The translations under genes and the position numbers were made by a program. Below the pieces are notes generated by a model, which saw only the letters and a program-made list of their open reading frames with translations, did not search any database and was not told the origin of the DNA. DNA of 64,000 nucleotides. Origin: an uncultured bacterium (GTDB lineage Bacteria > Krumholzibacteriota > Krumholzibacteriia > LZORAL124-64-63). Within the stretch, counting starts at the first letter, position 1, and each line of letters begins with the position of its first letter. Shown here one piece after another: positions 24,038 to 33,568 of the stretch. The stretch is taken from contig CAVSGO010000007.1 of assembly GCA_963727525.1 (NCBI GenBank), forward strand, positions 1,984,001 to 2,048,000. The letters are read 5' to 3'.

Positions 24038-24077
24038 ATCGACCAGTGTACGCAATCGATGAGTGTACGCAATCGAC
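24038..24077. repeat. 17-bp-period tandem direct repeat (AGTGTACGCAATCGA x2)
   Basis: Exact 15-mer at 24045-24059 and 24062-24076, with an extra ATCGA at 24038-24042. Confidence 0.9.
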
Positions 24078-24185
24078 ACCGGGCGACAGCGCGAGCCCCG
24101 TCTCACCGATTCTTCACTGGCTCGTCGACGCCCACGCATCTATCGTTGGCGCCGACGCCGGGCAGGACCGGCGCCGGGAGGCATC

Positions 24186-25499
24186 GTGCAGAAGAAATTC
24201 TACCGCACCATCGAGGATCTACTGCGGCGCATCGACACGTCGGCGGGCGACGAGGCGATGCTGCGATCGGTGCTGCGCCAGCTCGTCGAGGGCGAGGATA
24301 CAGCGTACTACGGCATCGAGAGCGGACGCCTGTACCGTGAGCGCAGCCAGGACTTCGTGCTCATTGCGAGCCACGGCGAATATGGTGACGCCATCGAGGG
24401 CAAGTCGGTGAGCAAGGACTACGCGGTGGTCCAGCACCTGCTCGAGCATCGGCTGTGGACCACCTCGCCCACGTCGCCCGGCTACGACGCCGCCCTCGAG
24501 GCCCAGTTCACCCATCTCAATAGCGCCGCCATCGTCGTGGGCCAGAATCCCGCCTACATCCTCAGCCTCAGCCTGCGCCGGGAGGGCACGAGCCAGGAGG
24601 AGATCCTGGTGATGCTCGAGTCGATCCGTGCAGCCATCGGGCTGAAGCTGCGCCAGAGCGCCCTGGAGGATCAGCTCCGGCAGGCGCAGTCGATCCAGAT
24701 GTCGCTGCTGCCGTCGCGCCTGCCGGTGCTCACCGGGTTCGAGTTCGCCGCCGCCTCGCTCCCCGCCGAGGAGGTGGGCGGCGACGTCTACGACATGCAG
24801 GTCATTGGCGAGGGCATGCTCGGCGTGATGATCGCCGACGCCAGCGGCCACGGTCTGCCCGCCGCCCTGCAGGCGCGCGACGTGGTGGTAGGCCTGCGCA
24901 TGGGCCAGGCGCACAACGAGAAGATCACATCGCTGATCCAGCGCCTGAATCACGTCATCCACAACACGCTGCTGGCCAGCCGCTTCATTTCGCTGTTCTA
25001 CGCCGAGCTGGAGGACACCGGCAATCTCACCTACGTGAACGCCGGTCACTGCCCACCACTGCTGTTCACGCCGGTGGGCGGGGTCTTCGAGCTGCAGGGC
25101 AGCGGTCCGGTGCTCGGCCCCCTGCCCGACGCCACCTACCGCCGCCGCTCCTGCACGTTGCGGCCGGGCGAGGTGCTCGTGCTGTTCACCGATGGCGTGA
25201 TCGAGCGGCACGCGCCCGGGCAGGATGTGAACGAGGACGAGCCGCAGGAGTTCGGGCAGGAGAAGCTGATCAGTATCGGGCTCGCATACCGCGACCGGCC
25301 GGCCGGCGAGATCCTCGCACGCATCACCGAGGCGCTGCGCGACTTCGGCGACAACGCCCCCTGGAGCGATGACGTCACGGTGATGGTCGTCAAGCGGCAG
25401 AACAGCTCCACGCGGCCGCAGGAGGCGCTCAACGAGCTGAAGACGGTCCCCCCGGCGGAACCCGGAATTCAGGGCGAGGACACCGGCGAGAGACGGTAG
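24186..25499 (+). CDS. PP2C / SpoIIE-family Ser/Thr phosphatase with N-terminal GAF-like region
   Basis: AQSIQMSLLP, EVGGDVYD, IADASGHGLPAAL, NAGH.PP, LFTDGV.E, DDVT. Confidence 0.9.
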   Translation: MQKKFYRTIEDLLRRIDTSAGDEAMLRSVLRQLVEGEDTAYYGIESGRLYRERSQDFVLIASHGEYGDAIEGKSVSKDYAVVQHLLEHRLWTTSPTSPGYDAALEAQFTHLNSAAIVVGQNPAYILSLSLRREGTSQEEILVMLESIRAAIGLKLRQSALEDQLRQAQSIQMSLLPSRLPVLTGFEFAAASLPAEEVGGDVYDMQVIGEGMLGVMIADASGHGLPAALQARDVVVGLRMGQAHNEKITSLIQRLNHVIHNTLLASRFISLFYAELEDTGNLTYVNAGHCPPLLFTPVGGVFELQGSGPVLGPLPDATYRRRSCTLRPGEVLVLFTDGVIERHAPGQDVNEDEPQEFGQEKLISIGLAYRDRPAGEILARITEALRDFGDNAPWSDDVTVMVVKRQNSSTRPQEALNELKTVPPAEPGIQGEDTGERR

Positions 25500-27124
25500 A
25501 GCGCGACGGTCCAGTCTTGCCGCTCCGTCAGCCCCACGCCGTGGATCACGCAGGTGTCGACCAGGGCGAAGTGCACGCCGCGCACCACTTTGCCGTCCCA
25601 GCGCGGCGGGCCATCGGTGCGGTCGACGAACCAGTCGGGCCGCTGGCCCCGATCGGACTCGGGCCGCAGCCACGCCCCCGACCTGACCATGGACTCGAAT
25701 CCCATCTGCCGGCCCAGGCTCATGATCTGGGGGCTGACCAGGCCCATCAGGTCGAGCACCGGGCGATCGCTGCCGTGGGCGAGGGCGCCGATGTCCAGGG
25801 CCGCCACCACGTCGCCCGGCGCGCTGTTCTCGCCGATCCACTGTCCCATCGCCAGATAGCACCCGCGCATGCCGGCCGAGAAGTCGCGCGCGTGCGGCCG
25901 CACAAGGCCCACGAGGAGGATCACGTTGGCAGCGATGGTGAGTGTCATGGCCGAACGCCAGCCCCAGCGACGCAGCATTGCCTGCCCGCGGAAGGGCTCG
26001 GCCGCACGCAGGAGCCAGAAGTCGGCCGCCGCCAGGACGAGCAGCAAGGGCATGGACAGCGGCGCAAGGTAGCGCGAGATCACCCACACGCGCGTGAGCG
26101 CGTAGCCACCGATGACAACGGCCGCCCAGGTCACGGGAATGCCGACGAGGGCGACGGATTGCCACAGCGTCCACGTGGGCGGGGTCGCCGCCTCGACCTC
26201 CGCCGTCATGTCGGGTCGGCGTCGTCCCACGAGCACCATCACGGCCACGAGCACCAGGAAGAGCCACAGGATTCCCTGCGTGAGGCCGATCTGCTCCAGC
26301 GAGCGCAGCGCGTAGCCGGCGAACTCCAGCGGGTGGAAGCTCAGCGCGTTGCTCTTGGCGGAGGCGGTGCCCGGTGTGATGCGGCCGAACGTGACGCGGG
26401 CGTAGACGAGCCACGGCCCCGCGGTGGCGAGCCAGCCGAGCAGGGCTGCCGGCAGGAGGTGCTGGGGACGGGCCTGGGTGCGGCCGGCCCGGCCTGCGAA
26501 CTGATCAGCGCGCTGGTACTCGGTCCACAGGAGCCACGGCAACGCCAGCGGGGCCAGCAGGAGATACTCCGGCCGCACCAGGGCGGAGAGCCCGGCCGCG
26601 GCACCCCAGGCCAGGTAACGTCGCCACAGAACCGGCGACGGACCGCTGCCCGCTGGCTCCGGCTGGAACGGAAGCACGACGGGCCACATCAGGATCAGCA
26701 GGGCTGCCGATGCCAGCGGCGTCTCCATGCCCGACATGGTCCAGCGCAGGAACCATGCGTCGACCACGCCGACGACGAGCAGCCACCAGCGCCAACCCTC
26801 AGGCAAGGGCAGGCGCCGCAGCAGGCCCGCCCACAGCCCCACGGTCAGCGTGCCGGCGAGCAGGCCCAACGTCCACGCCGCCACCTCCGGTGCCAGGTGC
26901 AGCTTCAGCAGGAGCACCAGGCCGAAGATCCACAGCGGACTCGTGGCACCGTACGTGGCTTCGCCCGGATTGAAGGCGAACTCGCCGCGGGTGGCCACGT
27001 TCTCGGCATAGCGCAGATGGATGTAGGTGTCGTCGGTGACATAGCCCGCCAGCAGCAGATGCGCGCCCAGGAGGATCAGGAGACCGACCAATAGGCGCGC
27101 CCGGTGGTGGGCCGCCGCGCTCAC
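25469..27124 (-). CDS. Polytopic membrane protein, putative GT-C fold glycosyltransferase
   Basis: DDTYIHLRYAEN..G.F.FNPGE..GATSPLW loop after TM1, SGMETPL, RPE, and C-terminal 'DIGAL....LDLMGL'; GTGA overlap with pfk. Confidence 0.7.
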   Translation of the reverse strand: MSAAAHHRARLLVGLLILLGAHLLLAGYVTDDTYIHLRYAENVATRGEFAFNPGEATYGATSPLWIFGLVLLLKLHLAPEVAAWTLGLLAGTLTVGLWAGLLRRLPLPEGWRWWLLVVGVVDAWFLRWTMSGMETPLASAALLILMWPVVLPFQPEPAGSGPSPVLWRRYLAWGAAAGLSALVRPEYLLLAPLALPWLLWTEYQRADQFAGRAGRTQARPQHLLPAALLGWLATAGPWLVYARVTFGRITPGTASAKSNALSFHPLEFAGYALRSLEQIGLTQGILWLFLVLVAVMVLVGRRRPDMTAEVEAATPPTWTLWQSVALVGIPVTWAAVVIGGYALTRVWVISRYLAPLSMPLLLVLAAADFWLLRAAEPFRGQAMLRRWGWRSAMTLTIAANVILLVGLVRPHARDFSAGMRGCYLAMGQWIGENSAPGDVVAALDIGALAHGSDRPVLDLMGLVSPQIMSLGRQMGFESMVRSGAWLRPESDRGQRPDWFVDRTDGPPRWDGKVVRGVHFALVDTCVIHGVGLTERQDWTVALYRLSPVSSP

Positions 27125-28287
27125 CGCAGGAACATCGGCAGGTTGCCGACGCGCGCGATGGCGGGCTTGTACTCCTTCACGTCGTAGAACCGCGCCACCT
27201 CGACGCGCTTCTCCCCCGCGATCACCGAATTCAGGCCCACCGTGGTGTACTTGCCCTCCTGCAGCGCCACCATCAGGCCGCTCGCGCCGTCGAGCAGCAT
27301 GTCCATCGCCAGGTTGCCGTAATTCATGGCGACCATGCGGTCGAGGGCATCGGGCGCACCGCAGCGCATCATGTAGCCCAGCTCCTGAAACGTCACCTTG
27401 TGGCCGCTGATGGCCTGGATCTTCTCCGCCGTGATCTGGCCGATGCCGCCCAGCTTCTGGTGGCCATAGGCGTCGGCCTCGCCGCGCTGAACGATCTCGC
27501 CCTCGATCTCCTGAGCGCCCTCACTGATGCAGACGATGGAGTAGCGGCTCGGGTTGGCCAGCTTGTCCTCCACCAGGAAGTTGGCGAGGCGGTGCACGTC
27601 GAAGGGCACCTCGCTGATGATGGCGCGGTCGGTGCCGGCGAGGTAGGCCGAGATGAGGCCCGTCTCGCCGCTGTGCCGGCCGAAGACCTCGACCACGCCG
27701 ATCCGCTCGTGACTGCCGATGGGCGTGCGGAGCTGGGTGATGGCGTCCACGGTGCGCGTGATGGCCGTGGAGAACCCGATGCAGTAGTCGGTGCCGTAGA
27801 CGTCGTTGTCCATCGTCTTGGGGATGGCGATCTGCGGGAAGCTCTCCTGGTTCAAGCGCGCGGCGTAGCTCAGGGTATCGTCGCCCCCGATGGGGATGAG
27901 GGCGTCGATCTTCAGGTCCTCGAGATTGGCCACGATGGTGTCGGTGATGTCCGTCGGGAACGGTCCCGCACCGTACTGCTCGCGAAGATGTTCCGGCAGA
28001 TCGTGCTCGCGCATGCGGGCAGGATTGGTGCGCGACGTGTGCAGGAACGTGCCGCCCGAGCGGTCGATGGTCCGCACCTGGTTCCAGTCGAGCTCGCGCA
28101 CGAACTCGCGATTGTGCTCGGGCTCGCCAACGCGATAGTTGACGAGGCCGGCCCAGCCACGCCGGAACCCCACCACCTGGATCCCGGCCTTCTGGGCCCG
28201 GTACACCACCTGCTTCATCGCCGAGTTCAAGCCGGGGACGTCACCGCCGCCGGTGAGAATTCCGATGCGTCGGATCTTGGCCTTCAT
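27121..28287 (-). CDS. pfkA: 6-phosphofructokinase, PPi-dependent signature
   Basis: ILTGGGDVPGLN, GGT.L.TSR, GGDDT, PKTMDND, EVFGR, LGY..R. Confidence 0.92.
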   Translation of the reverse strand: MKAKIRRIGILTGGGDVPGLNSAMKQVVYRAQKAGIQVVGFRRGWAGLVNYRVGEPEHNREFVRELDWNQVRTIDRSGGTFLHTSRTNPARMREHDLPEHLREQYGAGPFPTDITDTIVANLEDLKIDALIPIGGDDTLSYAARLNQESFPQIAIPKTMDNDVYGTDYCIGFSTAITRTVDAITQLRTPIGSHERIGVVEVFGRHSGETGLISAYLAGTDRAIISEVPFDVHRLANFLVEDKLANPSRYSIVCISEGAQEIEGEIVQRGEADAYGHQKLGGIGQITAEKIQAISGHKVTFQELGYMMRCGAPDALDRMVAMNYGNLAMDMLLDGASGLMVALQEGKYTTVGLNSVIAGEKRVEVARFYDVKEYKPAIARVGNLPMFLR

Positions 28288-28421
28288 GCTCTGCCTCCCT
28301 CAGTGGCGGGTCGGCGCGCGACACGCGCCGGGTACTCTAGCCGACGGTCCTGGCGATCGGCAAGGAGACGCCGCGCCGCACGGTCATTTTCGTCGACCTC
28401 GTTGGCCGGCAGCGACGTCAT
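28284..28421 (-). CDS. Putative 45-aa small ORF bridging add and pfk
   Basis: ATGA overlap with the add stop and ATGA overlap with the pfk start; MTSLPANEVDENDRAARRLLADRQDRRLEYPARVARRPATEGGRA. Confidence 0.35.
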   Translation of the reverse strand: MTSLPANEVDENDRAARRLLADRQDRRLEYPARVARRPATEGGRA

Positions 28422-29452
28422 GGCGCCAGCACGGCCGGCAGCGGTGCCGGCTGGGCGAGGAACGTGCCCTCCCACGACATGCGCGCGATCTTGCGCATGT
28501 CTTCCTCGCTGAAACCGAAGGTCTCCATCGCGATCTCGTACTCGCGGCTCAGCGACGTGCTGGACACGGTCGGATTGTCCGTGCACAGGGCTACCCTGAT
28601 GCCCGCCTCGAGGAAACGCGGCAGCGGGTGATCGGCGTACTCGGCGATGGCGCCCGTGTGGATGTTGCTGGTCAGGCAACACTCCACCAGGATGCCGTCG
28701 GCGGCGAGGCGGCGCATCAGCACCGGATCGCGTCCGGCGCTGGTGCCGTGACCGATGCGCTGCGGGTGCAGGTTGTCGATGGCCTCCCACACCCGGTCAG
28801 GACCGGTGGCCTCGCCAGCATGAACGGTGCGTCCCAGGTTCATCTTCGCCGCCAGTTCGTACGCCTTGGTGAACAGAACGGGCGGGAATGCGGGCTCGGG
28901 GCCGGCGATGTCGAAGCCGATCACGCCCGGACCGTTGTGGTAGGCTTCCTGCTCGCCGACGATCTCGCGCAGCAGGATGCGCGCCATGTTGCCGCCGTGG
29001 TTGCGCATGGCGATGATCACGATGCCGGCGCGAAAGTCCGGATGCGCTTCGCCGAACTTGGCGAAGGCCTTGCGGGTGGCATGCACGACCTGACGAGTCG
29101 AGAGACCTGCGCGGCGATGGATGAACGGATTGGTGCGGATCTCCAGCAGGCGCACGCCATCGGCGTAGGCGTCCTCGGCGATCTCGTAGGCGATGCGGTT
29201 GATGTTCTCGTAGAACTGTGTGTACTGCAACGGCAGGTGGAACTTGTCGAGGTAGTCGAGCAAGGTGCGGTCCTGGACGTCATCCCACTGCAAGTAGTGG
29301 CGAAAGCCATCAAAGTCGAGCCCCGGCACGGCCCGGTAGTACTTCTCCGAGTACTCCCAGAGCGTCGCCGGGCGGCAGGCGCCATCGAAATGGCGGTGCA
29401 ATTCCGCCTTGGGCAGGCTTTTACAGAACTCGCGGCGGTCGTCGGCTGTCAT
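28418..29452 (-). CDS. add: Adenosine deaminase family protein
   Basis: LPKAELHRHFDG, GFDIAGPE, TVHAGE, RIGHG, C.TSN, TDNP; AGGA RBS. Confidence 0.9.
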   Translation of the reverse strand: MTADDRREFCKSLPKAELHRHFDGACRPATLWEYSEKYYRAVPGLDFDGFRHYLQWDDVQDRTLLDYLDKFHLPLQYTQFYENINRIAYEIAEDAYADGVRLLEIRTNPFIHRRAGLSTRQVVHATRKAFAKFGEAHPDFRAGIVIIAMRNHGGNMARILLREIVGEQEAYHNGPGVIGFDIAGPEPAFPPVLFTKAYELAAKMNLGRTVHAGEATGPDRVWEAIDNLHPQRIGHGTSAGRDPVLMRRLAADGILVECCLTSNIHTGAIAEYADHPLPRFLEAGIRVALCTDNPTVSSTSLSREYEIAMETFGFSEEDMRKIARMSWEGTFLAQPAPLPAVLAP

Positions 29453-29608
29453 CTCCCGGCTCCTTTTGGGCGCACAGGATAGTCGCCGTGTGCCGGCGTG
29501 TCCAACGCCTCCTCGCGACGCCCTGACCAGTGGTCATCCGGGCGCGGCGGTGTTAGTCTGGCCCGAGCCCTAGACAACCACCGCCAAGCCTGACGGGGAG
29601 CCATCCGG

Positions 29609-30613
29609 ATGAGTCCCAGCTCGACCTTTCATCGCGACGTGCTGACCATCGACCTCGAGAATGAAGCCGACGAGATCGGCACGCGCCTGCGCGAGATCGT
29701 GACCAAGACGCTGCTGCGCCGGGGACTCGTGGTCGGCGTGAGCGGCGGGATCGACAGCAGCACGACCGCGGCCCTCGCCGTCCGTGCCCTGGGCCCGAAG
29801 CGGGTGTTCGCCGTGCTCATGCCCGAACGCGACAGTAGCACCGCCAGCGTACAACTCGGCAAGCAGCTCTGCGCACACCTCGGCATCGAGCACGTGATCG
29901 AGGACATTCAGCCCACTCTGGCGGCCATCGGTTGCTACCGGCGATACGACGACGCCGTGCGCCAGGTCTTCCCCGAGTTCGGCGAGGGCTGGAAGTCGAA
30001 GATCGTGCTGCCGCAGGACCTGCTCGAGAGCGACCGCATGAACGTGTTCCGGGTCGTCGTGGAGGATCCCTCCGGCGAGCAGCGCACGGAGCGGCTGCCC
30101 GTGGGCCCCTACCTGGAGATCGTCGCGGCCACGAACTTCAAGCAGCGCATCCGCAAGACCCTGGAGTACTACCATGCCGACCGGCTCAACTATGCCGTAT
30201 CCGGCACGCCCAATCGCCTGGAGTACGACCAGGGATTCTTCGTGAAGAACGGTGATGGCTCCGCCGACGTGAAACCGATCGCACATCTCTACAAGAGTCA
30301 GGTGTACGCCATGGCGCGGCATCTCGGCCTGCCCGACCCCATATGTTCCTCCTCCCCGACCACCGACACCTACAGCCTCGAACAAGGCCAGGACGAGTTC
30401 TACTTCGTGCTGCCCTACGCCGAGATGGACCTGCTGCTGTGGGCGCTCAACCACGGCATCCCCGCGGCGGAGGCCGCAGCCGTGCTGGACCTGACGCCGG
30501 AGCAGGTGACGCGGGTCTATCGGGACATCCAGCGCAAGCGTAACACCACGCTTCCCTTACATTTGCCTCCCCAGCTCGTGAAACCGGTCGCCGAGATCAG
30601 AAATAAATCCTAG
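29609..30613 (+). CDS. nadE: NH3-dependent NAD+ synthetase
   Basis: GVSGGIDSS PP-loop, NFKQRIR, GT.NRLE..QGFFVKNGDG, LYKSQVY; no glutaminase domain. Confidence 0.88.
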   Translation: MSPSSTFHRDVLTIDLENEADEIGTRLREIVTKTLLRRGLVVGVSGGIDSSTTAALAVRALGPKRVFAVLMPERDSSTASVQLGKQLCAHLGIEHVIEDIQPTLAAIGCYRRYDDAVRQVFPEFGEGWKSKIVLPQDLLESDRMNVFRVVVEDPSGEQRTERLPVGPYLEIVAATNFKQRIRKTLEYYHADRLNYAVSGTPNRLEYDQGFFVKNGDGSADVKPIAHLYKSQVYAMARHLGLPDPICSSSPTTDTYSLEQGQDEFYFVLPYAEMDLLLWALNHGIPAAEAAAVLDLTPEQVTRVYRDIQRKRNTTLPLHLPPQLVKPVAEIRNKS

Positions 30614-30708
30614 ATGCTCGCTTGATTTGAATACGCAGGAAGATTAATGATTTAACAACCGGTCGGACCCCGCAGAGCCCCCGGTCTGCAAATCGTCTGG
30701 GAGGCGCC

Positions 30709-31155
30709 ATGAAAGTCAATACTCGCGTCCGCTACGGACTCCGTGCGATCCTGCGTATCGCCGACGCGCACGAGATCGGACCCGTCTCGATCCACGTGAT
30801 CAGCGAGACCGAAGGCATCAGCGGCAAGTACCTCGAACAGGTCATCAGTCCACTGCGCCGAGCCGGGCTGGTCACCAGCTACAAGGGCGTCAAGGGCGGC
30901 TATACGCTGTCGCGGGCGCCGCAGGACGTCACGCTCTGGGATGTGATCTGCGCGCTCGACACGCACCCGGACCTCGTGGAGTGCGTACGGGAACCTGAGA
31001 TCTGCGACCGCTCGCCGGAATGCGTCACCCACCGCGTGTGGTGCCTCCTGAACGAGCGGATGCAGGCCTTCTGGCGTAGCTTCACCCTGGCGGATCTGCT
31101 GGCGGAGTTTCGCCTGCAGGGCACGGTCACGCCCGAGTCTTTCATACGCGACTGA
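30709..31155 (+). CDS. Rrf2-family transcriptional regulator (IscR/CymR-like) with three Fe-S-type Cys
   Basis: RYGLRA, ISGKYLEQV...L..AGLV.S.KG..GGY.L; C-x6-C-x5-C followed by H; GGAGG RBS. Confidence 0.92.
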   Translation: MKVNTRVRYGLRAILRIADAHEIGPVSIHVISETEGISGKYLEQVISPLRRAGLVTSYKGVKGGYTLSRAPQDVTLWDVICALDTHPDLVECVREPEICDRSPECVTHRVWCLLNERMQAFWRSFTLADLLAEFRLQGTVTPESFIRD

Positions 31156-31347
31156 GGCCGCCGGCGCGCGTGCGCGTCGGGACGGCGACATGGCGCGGCA
31201 CGACGGCGAAATCTCGTACTGACAGGGATTTGACTTCCCTTGCCTCCCCTTCCTAATTAGGCCTGCCAGTCGCTTAACAACCTGTCGCGCGCCATGCGGC
31301 ACGCCCCTCACGGGCCATGCCTCGGGACATCGCCGAAAGGAACGGTC

Positions 31348-32343
31348 ATGGACTTCACGAGTTCGCTCCGCCGGAAGGCCGCAGCGCTGCACCGGACGAT
31401 CGTCCTTCCCGAAGCGTGGGATGAGCGCATGCTCCGCGCCGCCGCCCAGGTGCGCGACGAGGGGTTCGCCGGCATCGTCCTGCTGGGCCGGCCGGACACG
31501 ATCACGAGCGCCCTGCGGGACCTGGGTCTGGACGCCGAAGGCATCACCATCGTCGAGCACCGCCACGATATCCACTTCGCCGACTACGCATCGCGTTATT
31601 ACGACAAGCGCAAGCACAAAGGCATGACGACCGAGGCGGCCGCCGAGACGATGGCCGATCCGCTCTACTTCGGCGCCATGATGGTGGCCGAGGGCCGCGC
31701 CGACGGCATGGTGGCCGGGGCGGTGAGCGCCACGGCCGACGTGCTGAAGGCCAGCTTCCAGATCATCGGCCCCGCCCCTGGTACGAGCCTGGTCTCGAGT
31801 TGCTTCCTGATGGTGCATCCCGGCTGGACCTACGGCGATGGCGGTATCCTCGTCTTCGCCGACTGCGCCGTGAACCCCCAGCCCGATGCGGGGCAGCTCG
31901 CCGACATCGCGATCGCCTCCGCGCGCACGGCCCGAGCCCTGTGCGGCGTGGAGCCGCGCGTCGCCATGCTGAGCTACTCCACGCGCGGCAGCGGCACCGG
32001 GCCCGACGTCGAGAAGGTCGAGGCCGCCCTCGCCATCGTGAGCGACAAGGCTCCCACCCTGCTGGTCGACGGGCCGTTGCAGGCCGACGCCGCCCTGGTG
32101 CCGGCCATCGGCGACCGCAAGGCTCAGGGCAGCGCGGTCGCGGGTCACGCCAACGTGCTCGTGTTCCCCGACCTGGATGCCGGCAATATCGGGTACAAGC
32201 TCGTGCAGCGACTGGCCGGCGCCGAGGCCGTGGGCCCGGTCATGCAGGGTTTGGCCCGGGCCGTCAACGATCTGAGCCGCGGTTGCAGCGTCGACGATAT
32301 CGTGAACGTCGTGGCGATCACAGCCTTGCAGAGCGCCGGTTAA
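31348..32343 (+). CDS. pta: Phosphate acetyltransferase (short form)
   Basis: [46 protein letters not shown]. Confidence 0.95.
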   Translation: MDFTSSLRRKAAALHRTIVLPEAWDERMLRAAAQVRDEGFAGIVLLGRPDTITSALRDLGLDAEGITIVEHRHDIHFADYASRYYDKRKHKGMTTEAAAETMADPLYFGAMMVAEGRADGMVAGAVSATADVLKASFQIIGPAPGTSLVSSCFLMVHPGWTYGDGGILVFADCAVNPQPDAGQLADIAIASARTARALCGVEPRVAMLSYSTRGSGTGPDVEKVEAALAIVSDKAPTLLVDGPLQADAALVPAIGDRKAQGSAVAGHANVLVFPDLDAGNIGYKLVQRLAGAEAVGPVMQGLARAVNDLSRGCSVDDIVNVVAITALQSAG

Positions 32344-32359
32344 GCGAGAGGCGACGACG

Positions 32360-33559
32360 ATGCTGAACATCCTGGTCATCAACTGCGGCAGCAGTTCGCT
32401 GAAGTACCAGCTCCTGGAGATGGAGAACGAGACGCTCCTGGCCAAGGGCCTGGTGGAGCGCATCGGCCTGGACCGGGGCACCCACATCTACCAGCGACCC
32501 GGGCACGACAAGCTCACCCGCGAGCTGCCCATCGCCGACCACTCATGCGCGATCGCGCTGGTGATGAAAGCCCTCACCGACACTGCGTACGGCGTGGTGG
32601 CGAGCATGGACGAGATCGCGGCCGTCGGGCATCGCGTGGTCCATGCCGGCGAGCGCTATGCGTCGTCGGTGATCATCGACGACGATGTGATCGCCGCGCT
32701 CGAGGCGTGCATCCCGCTCGCACCACTGCACAATCCGCCGAACATCATGGGCATCAAGGCCGCCCAGCAGGTGATGCCCAGCACGCCGATGGTGGGGGTA
32801 TTCGACACGGCGTTCCACCAGACGATGGCCGACTGGGCATACATCTACCCGCTGCCGTACGATTTCTACACCGATCTGAAAGTACGCCGCTATGGCTTCC
32901 ACGGCACCAGCCACCGCTTCGTGACCCAGCGCGCAGCCGAACTGCTCGGCCGCCCGGCGACGGCGCTCAACCTCATCACCTGCCACCTCGGCAACGGCGC
33001 GTCGGTGTGCGCGGTGAAGCACGGCAAGTCCATCGATACCAGCATGGGCTTCACGCCCCTCGAGGGCCTCGTGATGGGCACGCGCAGCGGCGACATCGAC
33101 CCGGCGATCGTGGGCTTCATCGCCAAGGCCCGCGGGCTCACGCTGGAGCAGGTCGACCGCATCCTCAACAAGGAGAGCGGCATCCTCGGCATCTCGGGAG
33201 TCTCCAGCGACCTGCGCGACGTCGAGCGCGCCTACGCCGCCGGCAATGACCGTGCCCGCCTGAGCATCGACGTCTACAGCTACCACATCCAGAAGTATAT
33301 CGGCGCCTATGCGGTGGCCCTTGGCCACGTAGACGCCATCGTCTTCACCGCCGGCGTGGGCGAACACGGATCGCTGGTGCGGGAGTGGGCTTGCCGCGGA
33401 CTCGAGGTGCTCGGCGCAGAGCTGGACCTGTTCGAGAACGGCGTGCGTCACGACGAGGCGTTCATCAGCAAACCCGGCTCGCGCGTGAAGATCATGGTGA
33501 TCCCCACGAACGAGGAGCTGATGATCGCGCGTGACACGCGCGATCTTCTGCGTCGCTGA
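32360..33559 (+). CDS. ackA: Acetate kinase
   Basis: LVINCGSSSLKYQL, GHRVVH, APLHNP, RYGFHGTSH, HLGNG, MGTRSGD, IPTNEE. Confidence 0.97.
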   Translation: MLNILVINCGSSSLKYQLLEMENETLLAKGLVERIGLDRGTHIYQRPGHDKLTRELPIADHSCAIALVMKALTDTAYGVVASMDEIAAVGHRVVHAGERYASSVIIDDDVIAALEACIPLAPLHNPPNIMGIKAAQQVMPSTPMVGVFDTAFHQTMADWAYIYPLPYDFYTDLKVRRYGFHGTSHRFVTQRAAELLGRPATALNLITCHLGNGASVCAVKHGKSIDTSMGFTPLEGLVMGTRSGDIDPAIVGFIAKARGLTLEQVDRILNKESGILGISGVSSDLRDVERAYAAGNDRARLSIDVYSYHIQKYIGAYAVALGHVDAIVFTAGVGEHGSLVREWACRGLEVLGAELDLFENGVRHDEAFISKPGSRVKIMVIPTNEELMIARDTRDLLRR

Positions 33560-33568
33560 TCGGTCGCG

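Noticed and set aside
24038-24077. Direct repeats as a possible CRISPR remnant
   Set aside because: Only two short copies, a 2-nt gap instead of spacers, and no cas genes
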